Shown piece after piece: positions 10,594-22,687 of a stretch of 63,535 bases of DNA. A program made the position numbers and the translations under genes. How positions within the stretch are numbered: the stretch's first letter is position 1; every line of letters begins with the position of its first letter. The stretch spans positions 28,683,221 to 28,746,755 of the forward strand of contig NC_068992.1 in the NCBI RefSeq assembly GCF_001194135.2, given 5' to 3'. The stretch comes from Octopus bimaculoides. Taxonomy: Eukaryota. A model generated the notes under the pieces. It made no database searches, was not told where the DNA came from, and was given only the letters and a program-made list of their open reading frames with translations.

Positions 10594-10856
10594 TTATTCC
10601 TGTTCCTAATGTTGTCCCTCTCTCAACTGGTATCTATACTCCATAGATTCTATGAGAAACCATGGTACAGATTTAATTACATTGTAACATAGTGACAAAC
10701 ACACATGAATATACAAATGTACGTATGTTTGTATATATGTGTGAATATGTGTATGTATGTAGGTACATACTTACACATATATACACATACACAGATACAT
10801 GTACAACATATTAAAGATTTATGTGAAGTACCACAATTTATGAGCCAAAGTCTGTA

Positions 10857-10868
10857 AGAGAGAGAGAG

Positions 10869-10950
<82 letters not shown>

Positions 10951-10972
10951 GGAAAAAGAGAGAGAGAGAGAG
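10857..10972. repeat. (GA)n/(GAAA) microsatellite
   Basis: Read directly. Confidence 0.95.
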
Positions 10973-11802
10973 ACAAACAGACAGACAAAGTGGGGAACGA
11001 GCATTTATCAATGTTTAAATTATATATAAACAATATCATTCACACCAATATCGTTGACGTGATAAAAATATCATCATCACACCTTTATGGAACATTATTT
11101 GGATTATTTTACTGACCAAGTTAACTGTGCGATTAGGTGTATATANNNNNNNNNNNNNNNNNNNNNNNNNNNNNNNNNNNNNNNNNNNNNNNNNNNNNNN
11201 NNNNNNNNNNNNNNNNNNNNNNNNNNNNNNNNNNNNNNNNNNNNNNNNNNNNNNNNNNNNNNNNNNNNNNNNNNNNNNNNNNNNNNNNNNNNNNNNNNNN
11301 NNNNNNNNNNNNNNNNNNNNNNNNNNNNNNNNNNNNNNNNNNNNNNNNNNNNNNNNNNNNNNNNNNNNNNNNNNNNNNNNNNNNNNNNNNNNNNNNNNNN
11401 NNNNNNNNNNNNNNNNNNNNNNNNNNNNNNNNNNNNNNNNNNNNNNNNNNNNNNNNNNNNNNNNNNNNNNNNNNNNNNNNNNNNNNNNNNNNNNNNNNNN
11501 NNNNNNNNNNNNNNNNNNNNNNNNNNNNNNNNNNNNNNNNNNNNNNNNNNNNNNNNNNNNNNNNNNNNNNNNNNNNNNNNNNNNNNNNNNNNNNNNNNNN
11601 NNNNNNNNNNNNNNNNNNNNNNNNNNNNNNNNNNNNNNNNNNNNNNNNNNNNNNNNNNNNNNNNNNNNNNNNNNNNNNNNNNNNNNNNNNNNNNNNNNNN
11701 NNNNNNNNNNNNNNNNNNNNNNNNNNNNNNNNNNNNNNNNNNNNNNNNNNNNNNNNNNNNNNNNNNNNNNNNNNNNNNNNNNNNNNNNNNNNNNNNNNNN
11801 NN

Positions 11803-11835
<33 letters not shown>

Positions 11836-11841
<6 letters not shown>

Positions 11842-12700
11842 GAGTAGATCCTTGCAGTACGCATGCACCATTGTACAAGTAATTTGCTGTATATGCTGAC
11901 ACACTTGTGAATTTTTATCTTGAAGCATGAGCGGAAATCTGCAGTGTGAGTAAGTTTCATACAGGCAACAGCTAGTCAGCGCTGAGCCCATGCACACTCT
12001 CCTAACAAGCACAGTCTCCACTTGCTCAGTTCATGTATTTATCTCATTCGCAGCATCCCTGTTATGTTTTTCCCAGTGTTTTTGTTTAGTTTTCTGCATT
12101 TTTTGCTATTATTTTATAATAATTAGTTGTGTTAGCCATGGGTCCTAAGAACGTTAGTGCAAAGTACAGTTCTGAGAAGAAGAAGAAGAAGCTGTTTGTG
12201 ATAGAATTAAAGAAGGAAATCATTGATAAACCTGAGAGACGAGTGTGTGTAGTGGACATAGCACGTTAATACAACTGAAGCACATTGCCAATCGACACCA
12301 ACCTGAAGAAAAAGGATGAGATCAAGGCCATTACAACAGCAAAGTGTATCTCTAGGCTCTCTCAGCAACGCACATTTGTCCACAAGAGGATGAAAAATTT
12401 GCTTTCCCTGTGGATCACTGAGAAGCAACTCACAGGGGATACGATTACGGAGATCATCATCTGTGAGAAAGCATGACCACTGTATGGGGATCTCCTGAAG
12501 TAGAACTCTGAAACATCAATGGAGGAGACATCAGCAGACACATTTAAGACCAGTCGCAGCTGGTTTGATAATTTCAAGAAGACAGGTGTCCATAGTGTCA
12601 TCAGGTATGGAGGAGCAGCATGTTCAGACATGAAGGCAGCTGAAGATTTGGGATGTTTTGATGTTTAAAATACGACAATAACATACAGTGATTCTTTCTT
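11836..12700 (+). mobile_element. pogo/Tigger-like DNA transposon relic (CENP-B-type HTH domains), pseudogenised, 3' part missing
   Basis: From ATG at 12138: MGPKNVSAKYSSEKKKKKLFVIELKKEII...RMKNLLSLWITEKQLTGDTITEIIICEKA*...FKTSRSWFDNFKK..GVHSVIRYGGAACSD; several stops. Left end boundary approximate. Confidence 0.85.
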
Positions 12701-12810
12701 CACTGCTTCTGCAAATACAGCAAAGCCTTAACTAATGAGGTCAGAATCAGATCGAAGCATGTACAAAGTTATCTCCTCCATACTTGATAGAAAAATTAAA
12801 ACAGCATTAA

Positions 12811-13216
12811 TTTTTACCTCCGCCAAAGAAGGAAGTTATGTCTTCATTGGTGTTGGTTTGTCTGTCTGTTCGTTTGTGTGCAAAATAACTCAAAAAGTTG
12901 TGAACAGTATTTGATGAAACTTGCAGGAAAAGTTGGTCATGACACAAGGAACAGATGATGAAATTTTGGTAGTGATCCGGAAATTTTTATGGATTCTTGA
13001 AGGATTTTTCATTTGTTATATTTACTTTACATGAAGTATTACAATGTTACATTCTTTGATTATCTCCCTTGAAAACACGTTCATCATTTCCACATAACCT
13101 ATGGTGGCGTTGCTGTTTCCAAAGTTTATTTTCATTTTTCTATTAGTAATTTTACTCACATATCTATCTTAAAATGAGCTTGGTGGAGGTCTGCACTCTC
13201 TGAGTGCTTTTCTAGT
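12811..13216 (+). mobile_element. Non-autonomous Helentron/DINE-1-like (HINE) rolling-circle element
   Basis: Subterminal inverted repeat acctccgccaa (12816-12826) / ttggtggaggt (13180-13190), 3' hairpin gcactc-tct-gagtgc (13193-13207), CTAG at 13212-13215, T-rich ends. Confidence 0.75.
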
Positions 13217-13439
13217 TGACTAATATTTCCCCCACCTCTTCATGGCATAATTTGTTCTAGTTAGTTTCTTTTTAAAGGGGTCTAGCATTAAATATATTAA
13301 CATTAACATAACTATATTATTATTAGCTTACTATCAATCTTTTTTGTTTTATTTTTTGTCTCATATATAATATTCTTCATTCTCTAATTCCAAATGAATA
13401 ACAAATACTAAGTTTTTATACAGCACTTTATGAGCATGA

Positions 13440-14000
13440 CTGGGGTTCTGAAGAGAAGGAATACTTTTGGTGTCCGGCAGCTGCACTTTATCAGGGATGG
13501 TCAGAGGGACAGGCATCACTGGTCCTTGTCCAACTCCTAATCTCTCACTTGGTGGCTCCTAGCGCTACAGCTTGGAATTCCACTTTAAATGCTGGGCTAA
13601 ACCAAGTGAGCACATGGTGGTAACACTGCACCAAAAGGTGAAAGACTCTGGGTAAGGTTTCCCAAGGAATCCCCTGCTAGGGTGGAGGAGCCTGCCCAGG
13701 TCAACAGCCCAGTGTTTTGGGCTGAGGGGTGGCCTTTGGTAGAGGCATATGTTTGTGGCTAACAGCTTAGATGGAAGTGAGCTCCTCTAAGTTAACTTGC
13801 CCATGATATGCTCATGATGATGACAACCAGACCAGAACCCATATTAGATCGATCTGTTGTTGCCTAGGTTAACACCAAGAGTGGACAGGCCTCAGTTTTG
13901 CTGCCTCACAGAGGGCAGCAAAAGATCAAGAGAAGTGGGAAAATCTGGTTGTGACATCATCAATGAATGTCCCAATGATCATACGGTCAGAGGATAAAAA
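13440..14000 (+). mobile_element. RTE-clade LINE derivative (ORF C-terminus plus unassigned GC-richer upstream part)
   Basis: 3' part translates QEWTGLSFAASQRAAKDQEKWENLVVTSS, resembling the RTE ORF end (EWTGL....RAAxDRxxW). Confidence 0.55.
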
Positions 14001-14150
14001 GGAAGGAAGGAAAGAAGGAAGGAAGGAAGGAAGGAAGGAGGGAAGTGGGGGAGAGAAGGAAGGATCCAAATGCAATGATTCTTATAGACAATGGGGGGCC
14101 CAGGGAAAATTGGAAAGAGGGTAGACAAATTGCCATTAAAGTGGTTTTAA

Positions 14151-14363
14151 CCCCTTAGCACTCGTATCTGGCCTGAATATTCTACTAGTTTTACATTCAA
14201 ATTGGCTAGATCTGGCCTCTCATATCAACCCTACAATGTCATTCTAAAATTAAAGAATTACATCATTAAAATCTCAAAGCTATGAGATAACACATAATAA
14301 ATTCAAAACGATGTGAATTTAAGAAGCATTACATTTGACTGAGTAATCTGAATACTAAAGGGG
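14151..14363. mobile_element. piggyBac-type MITE with TTAA target-site duplication
   Basis: TTAA|CCCCTTAG...CTAAAGGGG|TTAA; related degraded copies near 29065-29280 and 58865-59075. Confidence 0.75.
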
Positions 14364-15488
14364 TTAACTTATTAAAGTTATTGAAGACTGCGGCAAAGAA
14401 TGAAGAACTCTAAGGATGCCATATCTCTGTTTTGGTTTTCTCATTTTGTGTCTTGATAGTAACATACAAAAGCAAGAAGATTGTGTCTAGTGATGAAATG
14501 AATCATCAACATCAAATGAACATATCATTATCACCACCACCACCACCACCAGCACTGTGATCACCACCACCACAACCACCTGCACAGCCACCAGCACCAG
14601 CACCAGCACCAGCACCAGCACCACCACCACCATCACCACCNNNNNNNNNNNNNNNNNNNNNNNNNNNNNNNNNNNNNNNNNNNNNNNNNNNNNNNNNNNN
14701 NNNNNNNNNNNNNNNNNNNNNNNNNNNNNNNNNNNNNNNNNNNNNNNNNNNNNNNNNNNNNNNNNNNNNNNNNNNNNNNNNNNNNNNNNNNNNNNNNNNN
14801 NNNNNNNNNNNNNNNNNNNNNNNNNNNNNNNNNNNNNNNNNNNNNNNNNNNNNNNNNNNNNNNNNNNNNNNNNNNNNNGCCTACCACTACCCCACTACCT
14901 CAACCACCACTATTGCTACCGCCCACTCCACCACCACCACCACCACAACCATCACCCCAACCATCATAATCGTCATCATCATCTTAATGTCCACATTTCC
15001 ACATTGCATGGGTGAGATGGAATTTGTTGAAGTAGATTTTCTACAACTGGATGCCCTTACTGTTGACAACCCAAACCTATTTCCACACAAGGCTAATTAT
15101 CTCCCAGTCAATCAAACAACAGACAATCCAGACATAATTGCAAGCCCATTTTGTTTGCAATGACCATGCAACATGTCAAAACATGTAAAAAAATCTGAGA
15201 TGAGCTTTTATGGTTGACTACAAGCACGTGATGCTGCCTGTATTCATAGCTAGACTATTGTTTTGTTTACGATTAGCAAACAAATAAAGACAAGGAGAAT
15301 TACAAACTCACAGATGCACACATGCACAAAAACATGCATACACATACACACAAATACATACACACACACATGCACAAAAACATGCATACACATATACACA
15401 CATGCATACACACACACATGCACAAAAACATGCATACACACACACACATGCACAAAAACATGCATACACATACACACACATGCATGTA

Positions 15489-15522
<34 letters not shown>

Positions 15523-15544
15523 CCTATATTCTTTATTTTTTCTT

Positions 15545-15760
15545 TTATTCTTTTACCTGTTTCTGTCATTTGACTGTGACCATGCTGGAGCACTGCCTTC
15601 AGTCGAATCAAATCGACCCCAGGACATATTCTTTGTAAGCCTAGTACTTATTCTATCGGTCTCTTTTGCTAAACCGCTAAGTTACAGGGACCTAAACACA
15701 CCAGCATCGGTTGTCAAGCGATGTTGGGGGGACAAACACAGATACACAACATATACACAC

Positions 15761-15801
<41 letters not shown>

Positions 15802-15966
15802 TACGATAGGCTTCTTTCAGTTTCCATCTACCAAATTCACTCACAAGGCTTTGGTTGGCCTGAGGCTATAGTAGAAGACACTTGCCCAAAGTGCCATGCA
15901 ATGGGACTGAACCCGGAACCATGTGGTTGGTAAGCAAGCTACTTACCACACAGCCACTCCTGCGCC

Positions 15967-15968
<2 letters not shown>
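15545..15968 (-). mobile_element. tRNA-SINE family A, full-length copy with internal (TA)/(TG) tract
   Basis: Reverse complement aligns end to end with 23398-23812. Confidence 0.88.
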
Positions 15969-15997
<29 letters not shown>

Positions 15998-16182
15998 CTG
16001 TGTGTACATGTGTGTGTGTATGTGTGTGTGTGTATGTAGTGTATGTAGACATACATACACACATGAAACTAAAAAGGCAGCTTGAATGTGATGAGAAAAC
16101 ACATTGGACAGTTACTACACACTTGTAATGTTATATAACATACACCTAATGTGCTTTTGAAACAACTGTAGTACTCAACGAC

Positions 16183-16239
16183 CTTTTCCATCCCATTTAT
16201 TTATAGATTTGATTATCACATCATAAACAAACTTTGTTG
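16183..16239 (-). CDS. Candidate exon 5 of unassigned minus-strand gene
   Basis: Strong acceptor ctccatttccacag; weak donor AAG|GTCGTT; 57 nt, phase 1-1, (A)TKFVYDVIIKSINKWDGK; fits the phase-1 end of the 19646-19700 exon. Confidence 0.4.
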
Positions 16240-16682
16240 CTGTGGAAATGGAGATGTATAGTACTTATCATCTTATCGGAATTTTCTGTCTAATCTAAAT
16301 ATGGGACAGACCATATTTGATGCATTGATTAATAAATCTATTGACCAGTTATGTATGTATGTATGCATGTAGGTATATATGTATGTATATAAATATAAAT
16401 ATGTGTATATATATAAATACACACACACACACACACACACACATGCACACACACACACAATTCCAGTGGGTAACAAGTTCAAAATGAAGCTAAGTCTGAC
16501 TACTTAAAATAAAGTACTCAAATATAAATTTGAAAGTGAATAAAGAATATTTAATCTATAATTGTTTGTCCCCCAAAAATATGTATTGTTTTGCTAATGA
16601 GCCATAGGCAAAGGAGAATTTACATTTTGTAGTACTAACAATCATGTGTTAAATATTGAATGCACATATATATATAGATATG

Positions 16683-16713
<31 letters not shown>

Positions 16714-16714
<1 letters not shown>

Positions 16715-16988
16715 CATCATCATCATCATCGTTTAATGTCTTCTTTCCATGCTAGCATGGGTTGGACGATTTGACTGAGGACTGGTGAAACCAGATGGCT
16801 ACACCAGGCTCCAACCTGATTTGGCAGAGTTTCTACAGCTGAATGCCCTTCCTAAAGCCAACCACTCCGGGAGTGTAGTGGGTGCTTTTACGTGCCACCG
16901 GCACGAAGGCCAATCAGGCAGTACTGGCAACAGCCATGCTCAAAATGGTGTATTTTATGTGCCACCTGCACAGGAGCCAGTCCAGCAG
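16714..16988 (-). mobile_element. RTE-LINE 3' UTR-derived repeat
   Basis: (CAT)n followed by cgtttaatgtc...ccatgctagcatgggttggacg...ctacagctgaatgcccttcctaa. Confidence 0.8.
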
Positions 16989-18030
16989 CATATATATATA
17001 AATAATACATTTCTAAATCTCTCAGAGAGATTTATGCAGTAGTGATACAATAAAGTAGTTGTATGCTGCCAACTTAATGNNNNNNNNNNNNNNNNNNNNN
17101 NNNNNNNNNNNNNNNNNNNNNNNNNNNNNNNNNNNNNNNNNNNNNNNNNNNNNNNNNNNNNNNNNNNNNNNNNNNNNNNNNNNNNNNNNNNNNNNNNNNN
17201 NNNNNNNNNNNNNNNNNNNNNNNNNNNNNNNNNNNNNNNNNNNNNNNNNNNNNNNNNNNNNNNNNNNNNNNNNNNNNNNNNNNNNNNNNNNNNNNNNNNN
17301 NNNNNNNNNNNNNNNNNNNNNNNNNNNNNNNNNNNNNNNNNNNNNNNNNNNNNNNNNNNNNNNNNNNNNNNNNNNNNNNNNNNNNNNNNNNNNNNNNNNN
17401 NNNNNNNNNNNNNNNNNNNNNNNNNNNNNNNNNNNNNNNNNNNNNNNNNNNNNNNNNNNNNNNNNNNNNNNNNNNNNNNNNNNNNNNNNNNNNNNNNNNN
17501 NNNNNNNNNNNNNNNNNNNNNNNNNNNNNNNNNNNNNNNNNNNNNNNNNNNNNNNNNNNNNNNNNNNNNNNNNNNNNNNNNNNNNNNNNNNNNNNNNNNN
17601 NNNNNNNNNNNNNNNNNNNNNNNNNNNNNNNNNNNNNNNNNNNNNNNNNNNNNNNNNNNNNNNNNNNNNNNNNNNNNNNNNNNNNNNNNNNNNNNNNNNN
17701 NNNNNNNNNNNNNNNNNNNNNNNNNNNNNNNNNNNNNNNNNNNNNNNNNNNNNNNNNNNNNNNNNNNNNNNNNNNNNNNNNNNNNNNNNNNNNNNNNNNN
17801 NNNNNNNNNNNNNNNNNNNNNNNNNNNNNNNNNNNNNNNNNNNNNNNNNNNNNNNNNNNNNNNNNNNNNNNNNNNNNNNNNNNNNNNNNNNNNNNNNNNN
17901 NNNNNNNNNNNNNNNNNNNNNNNNNNNNNNNNNNNNNNNNNNNNNNNNNNNNNNNNNNNNNNNNNNNNNNNNNNNNNNNNNNNNNNNNNNNNNNNNNNNN
18001 NNNNNNNNNNNNNNNNNNNNNNNNNNNNNT

Positions 18031-18975
18031 ATTCCTTTACTTGTTGACTGTCCTGATCTGAATCCATTTAGATTTGGTCGCAATTGTTTGTCTACCTTAG
18101 CTTAAATTTGGTTAAGTATCATCTTGTTGACCATTTTTGCAACAATGGATGACAGACTGATCCCTATGTAATTCCCAGTATCACTTAGGTCTCCAGTTTT
18201 GGGCAGCGGTAGCAAGCCTATCTCTGACCATTGGTCTGGCTTCACATTGTCATTAAGTAGTTTGTTTGCAAATTCAAGGATGATGTCATCTAAATCATCT
18301 TTTCAATACTTCTGGTGAGATGTTGTTAGGACCAGTTCGTTTTCTTTCTTTCAGGTTACTTGTAGCTCTCTATTTCTTGTTTTGTGAAGTCTCCATCCTC
18401 AATTTGCAAATCATCAAGTATCTTTGCTAATTCTTCATTTTCTGTTGAACTGTCAACTTCTGGATCCTTCCCAAGTAAGTTGTAGAAATGAGTGTACCAT
18501 TTCTTGATTCTCTTGTCCTTTGATTTCCTTTCGCATGATTCCCTGCTTTGCAGCTTTGCAACCAGTGATGGGGTTAATCAACCTTCAGCTTTCTCTGTGC
18601 TTGCAAGTACTTTTTACTATCCGTAAATTTGATTCCTCTGTTCTTGCCATCAGCTACTTCTCTTCCAGTTGGATTTAAAGAAGTACTTTTCATCAGTCTT
18701 TATGCGACTTGCTTGAACATCCAGAATGTCTGAGTCAGGGGCTCTAACCCTGGTGCTATTAACATGTGGATTCATTGTCACACTTAGAAGACTGATAGAG
18801 GGAGTTAAGAGCCATAACAGGAAGGCTATCCTTATCTATGTAGACTTTAAAAGGCTTTTGATTCAGTACATAGAGGAATGATGATGAAGATACTTAAAGC
18901 AAGAATTCTGAGAGCAATAAGTAAGCTGTAAGAGCGAAAGTGATCACTCTTGATGGAGAGACGGAATACTGAGAG
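18031..18975. mobile_element. RTE LINE ORF fragment with internal inversion (minus 18031-18780, plus 18781-18975)
   Basis: Minus: WYTHFYNLLGKDPEVD...DKQLRPNLNGFRSGQSTSKG; plus: LRRLIEGVKSHNRKAILIYVDF..AFDSVHRGMMMKILKA; degraded. Confidence 0.8.
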
Positions 18976-19018
18976 TTCCTAATCTTGCGGTGCCAGTACC
19001 ACAATATCAAGGTATGTA

Positions 19019-19049
<31 letters not shown>

Positions 19050-19059
19050 NNNNNNNNNN

Positions 19060-19106
<47 letters not shown>

Positions 19107-19645
19107 ATGTGTGTGTGTATTTATATAGACTTGGTAAAATTTGGTAGATGAAAGCTGAGAGGCATCCCATCAAAGAAACTGGTTCTGCTTTTGGGTGGTA
19201 GACTTAACCCATTGTCCAGTTTAACACCACCATCTGGACTACAGTGTCTTTAGTTGAGCCCACTCTATTACAAACATACAGGCCAAGTCTCCTGTCTGAA
19301 CATAAATTCCTTGCTTTCACTCACCTGCCTAGAGCCCCTAAAAAGGATCATAGATACTGCCCTTAGTTGTGACCAATGCCAATATCACGTAAAAAGCACC
19401 CACTACACTCTTGGAGTGGTTGTTGTAAGGAAGGACATCCTGCTGTAGAAACCATGCCAAATCAGATTAGAACCTGGTGCAGCTCCCCAGCTTACCAGTT
19501 CAGTCAAACCGTCCAACCCATGCCAGCAGAGAAAATGGAAGTTAAATGATGATAATGATGTGATGAATACAAATCACCCGCAAACCACATTAAACAACAA
19601 CAAAAACTGTTAAAGATTGCTAACAGTAGATTCGATCTTACAAAC

Positions 19646-19700
19646 CTGGCAGTAAATCAGTGCCTCGCCCTACAGGCCACTTTGCTTCTACTACATCGGT
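19646..19700 (-). CDS. Candidate exon 4 of unassigned minus-strand gene
   Basis: Acceptor cactttttatag; donor CAG|GTTTGT (alternative TTT|GTAAGA would end at 19642); only frame 0 is open: TDVVEAKWPVGRGTDLLP; CpGs retained in an otherwise CpG-poor region. Confidence 0.6.
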
Positions 19701-19869
19701 CTATAAAAAGTGATCGGAATCACTAGATGCAAAACACAAAACATTTATTTGATTGATATCAATAATTGATCAATGCATTTAAGTGATCACTCAGAGTAAT
19801 TAAATTTACTAAAAGCTACTACACACACTTCTGAAAACATTTTTACACATGCTGCAGCTGCTGCTGCTG

Positions 19870-19928
<59 letters not shown>

Positions 19929-20099
19929 GCTGCTGCTGCTTCTGCTGCTGCTACTGCTACAATACCTTTTGAAATGTTGTTTAAAAGCTTCCATTGGGAT
20001 TTTTCTTTTTTTAAGTCACACGCACACATGCACACACACACACACACACACACACACTACATGTTTGGGATTTGACAATTTTTATGTCTCCTTTTTCAG

Positions 20100-20790
20100 G
20101 AACAGCTAGAAGTATTGGTTAAAGTCAATAGCATTGGAGAGCATAAAGGTTAAGGTTGTAGTTGACAGAAAGTTAGCTGAAATGAAGGACTGGAAGCCCT
20201 CTAAATATTGGAAAAGTGTTCTTGTATCATCATGATTCATGCTGGGTACCAAGATACCAACATCATGGCTGCTGTTCAGTGCTTTGTGTACACTGTAAAG
20301 ACTGTAAGACATGACATGGACTGTGAAGCCATGGCCAGCAGGAAGGGATGCAGCTAGTATTCTGATCACAGCTGCATGCTGGAGGAATTCTTCCCCACAT
20401 ATTTAACAGGACTTTAGGTTCCTTTCAGGTGAGAAAGATTGCTGTGTGAGGGCCATATGCATGGCAGTAAGATTCAGCACCTTTCCATTCCTCTAGAAAG
20501 AGTCAGAAGTGGTTGTCAGAGAATCTCTATGACTTCACCAGCCTTAATTTCTGGCTTTCTAATTCCCCTGGCTGTAATCTCATGGATTACTGTGTGTGGG
20601 ATGAGGTGTGGTTCAGAAAGCCATAACTGCTCTGTTTGCAACACCAAGGCTGGGCTGGTGGTTCAAGGACGTGCTCGAAGATCTTCCTAGGGACACAGTG
20701 GGTTTCATGTGCTAAGTTCTGGAGCTGTCTTGAGTCCTTGATAGAAGCTGAGGGTCCTTGACAAAAGCTGAGTAAACTATTATTTCCCAA
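20100..20790 (-). other. Degraded coding-like, GC-richer segment, probably retroelement-derived (unassigned)
   Basis: 87-aa non-low-complexity ORF 20106-20369 (IRILAASLPAGHGFTVHVMSYSL...) with no recognisable motif or splice context. Confidence 0.3.
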
Positions 20791-20898
20791 CCATAATCTA
20801 GTTGATATTTTTTGATCTTATACTTTCATTTTTGAATGGGATATTGTGCTTTCTTTTCCTTTTATGCAGACTGTCAAATTTAGCCTGAACACCCTGAA

Positions 20899-20929
<31 letters not shown>

Positions 20930-20938
20930 GTCTCTCTC

Positions 20939-21066
<128 letters not shown>

Positions 21067-21129
21067 GTTTGTATGTATGTATGCATGCATGAATGCATGT
21101 ATGTATAATGTTATGATAAAAACTGCAAG

Positions 21130-21800
21130 TTTTATTAGATAAAGTTACCCAAGGCTTCTTGATGAAAAATTAATTTATTTTACCATTTTTCAAGCTGAGA
21201 ACAAACCGTTTGTCAATTACCTTTTGAACAGACGGCGTTTAAACAAGATGCACAGATAAGGAAGAAAACAAAAAGGGAGATAATCAACGTTGTAATAAAT
21301 CAAATGTCAAGCAGATGTAAATTAGTGATTAATGGTTTATTATGTGTCTGGTGGCCTAATTTTAAATTCTGTCAAGTGGTATTTCTTAAAATGTGGACAT
21401 GCAGAAAATATTTCATTGCCTGAATTTATGCAGTTGTTAGAAGATCTCAAGTTCTTAAAGAGATATAGTTTTTCAAGAGAACATACTAAACATTTTTTGA
21501 ATTGAATGTTTGAAAAGGATTTTCCACTTGATGTTGAAATTGATCTCGTTGTCTTTATGTTTCCAGATGAAAGCTGAAAGGGTCATTGAATGTCTCTTAT
21601 TAACATACCTAAAATTCAAAAGATGGTTTTTATATCTGGATTTAAATTTCCCTTCCAAGGCTCTGATATAATGCTTGGTTTCTGTATGACCATTGCTGAA
21701 ACTTGTGCTTCATAAACAACAGAAGATATATCAAACTTCTGCCCTAAAAGACATTTAGATTTGTCTCTACATATGCATCCAAAGCAGGCTCGAGTCTTCT
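21130..21800 (-). mobile_element. Penelope-like element (Neptune-type) 3' fragment with GIY-YIG endonuclease, degraded
   Basis: CICRDKSKCLLGQKFDISSVVYEAQVS, frameshift, TKHYIRALEGKFKSRYKNHLLNFR...TLSAFIWKHKDNEINFNIKWKIL; Cys-rich linker plus VVY...YI(G) motif. Confidence 0.8.
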
Positions 21801-22275
21801 GTTGCTTTTTGATATATGACTTAACATTAGCAGGAGAAGAAAAGGGATTGATTTGTTTAACTAAAAATTCTTCAAGGTGGAGCTCTAGCATGGCCACTGT
21901 CTAATGACTGAAACAAGTAAAAGGATTAAAGTATGCACTTGAATCAGCATTTCTAGTCCTTATGATAATAGTCTGATGTATTATACCTTTGTGTGATTAC
22001 ATTGATGACTTTGATTATATATGATTGATTATTAACATCATAGATCCCATTGTTTCATTTTCTCTTCAAGTAACAAAATTAATGTAATATTCTTTTTAAT
22101 TCCAATATACTCTCAGTTATATGGCTCTTAGAGAAACCAATTTGTTACAGAATAACATTTTATTTATTGCAAGAATTTTCAACAAGAAACTCTTAAAATA
22201 TAATATATGATAATAATGTACATTATTTACATTATTTACAATTAACGGATATATGTCTTCATCTTGTTTGTTGTT

Positions 22276-22321
22276 AACACAACGTTTCGGCTGATATACC
22301 CTCCAGCCTTCATCAGGTGTC
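22276..22321 (-). ncRNA. Minimal type-I hammerhead ribozyme motif (Penelope-type)
   Basis: Minus strand GACAC-CUGAUGA-A-GGCUG-gagggUauau-CAGCC-GAAA-CG-UU-GUGUU: 5-bp stem I, intact core, 5-bp stem II, palindromic ACGU in place of stem III, GUU cleavage triplet. Confidence 0.75.
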
Positions 22322-22376
22322 TTGAGGAAATTTCGAATCTGGGTTCTCATTCCTAAGGTATTTTTTGATGTTGTTG

Positions 22377-22409
<33 letters not shown>

Positions 22410-22535
22410 GTCAGGTCACTGCCTGGAATTGAACTCAGAATCTTGGGGTTAGTAGTCCACACTCTATGCTGTGGCATAGTGGTTAAGAGCACAGGTTACT
22501 AACCCCAAGATTCCGAGTTCAATTCCAGGCAGTGA

Positions 22536-22566
<31 letters not shown>

Positions 22567-22641
22567 TATAATAATAATAATAATAATAATAACATCGAAA
22601 AATACCTTAGGAATGAGAACCCAGATTCGAAATTTCCTCAA

Positions 22642-22687
22642 GACACCTGATGAAAGCTGGAGGGTATATCAGCTGGAACGTTGTGTT
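22642..22687 (+). ncRNA. Mutated copy of the same hammerhead motif
   Basis: GACAC-CUGAUGA-AAGCUG...CAGCU-GGAA-CG-UU-GUGUU; GAAA changed to GGAA, probably inactive. Confidence 0.55.

Noticed and set aside
14468-14486. 19-nt micro-exon linking the candidate gene to the hydrophobic exon
   Set aside because: Splice signals exist, but several readings are possible and none can be preferred without transcript data.
3217-18105. Long ORFs in the ORF track full of X residues
   Set aside because: They span N gaps; their length is an artefact of unknown bases. The same applies at 25355-25883, 37726-38068 and 54348-54994.
22466-22535. tRNA gene
   Set aside because: A and B boxes are present but the acceptor stem is not, and the sequence continues into a SINE body; the same holds for the other tRNA-like heads.
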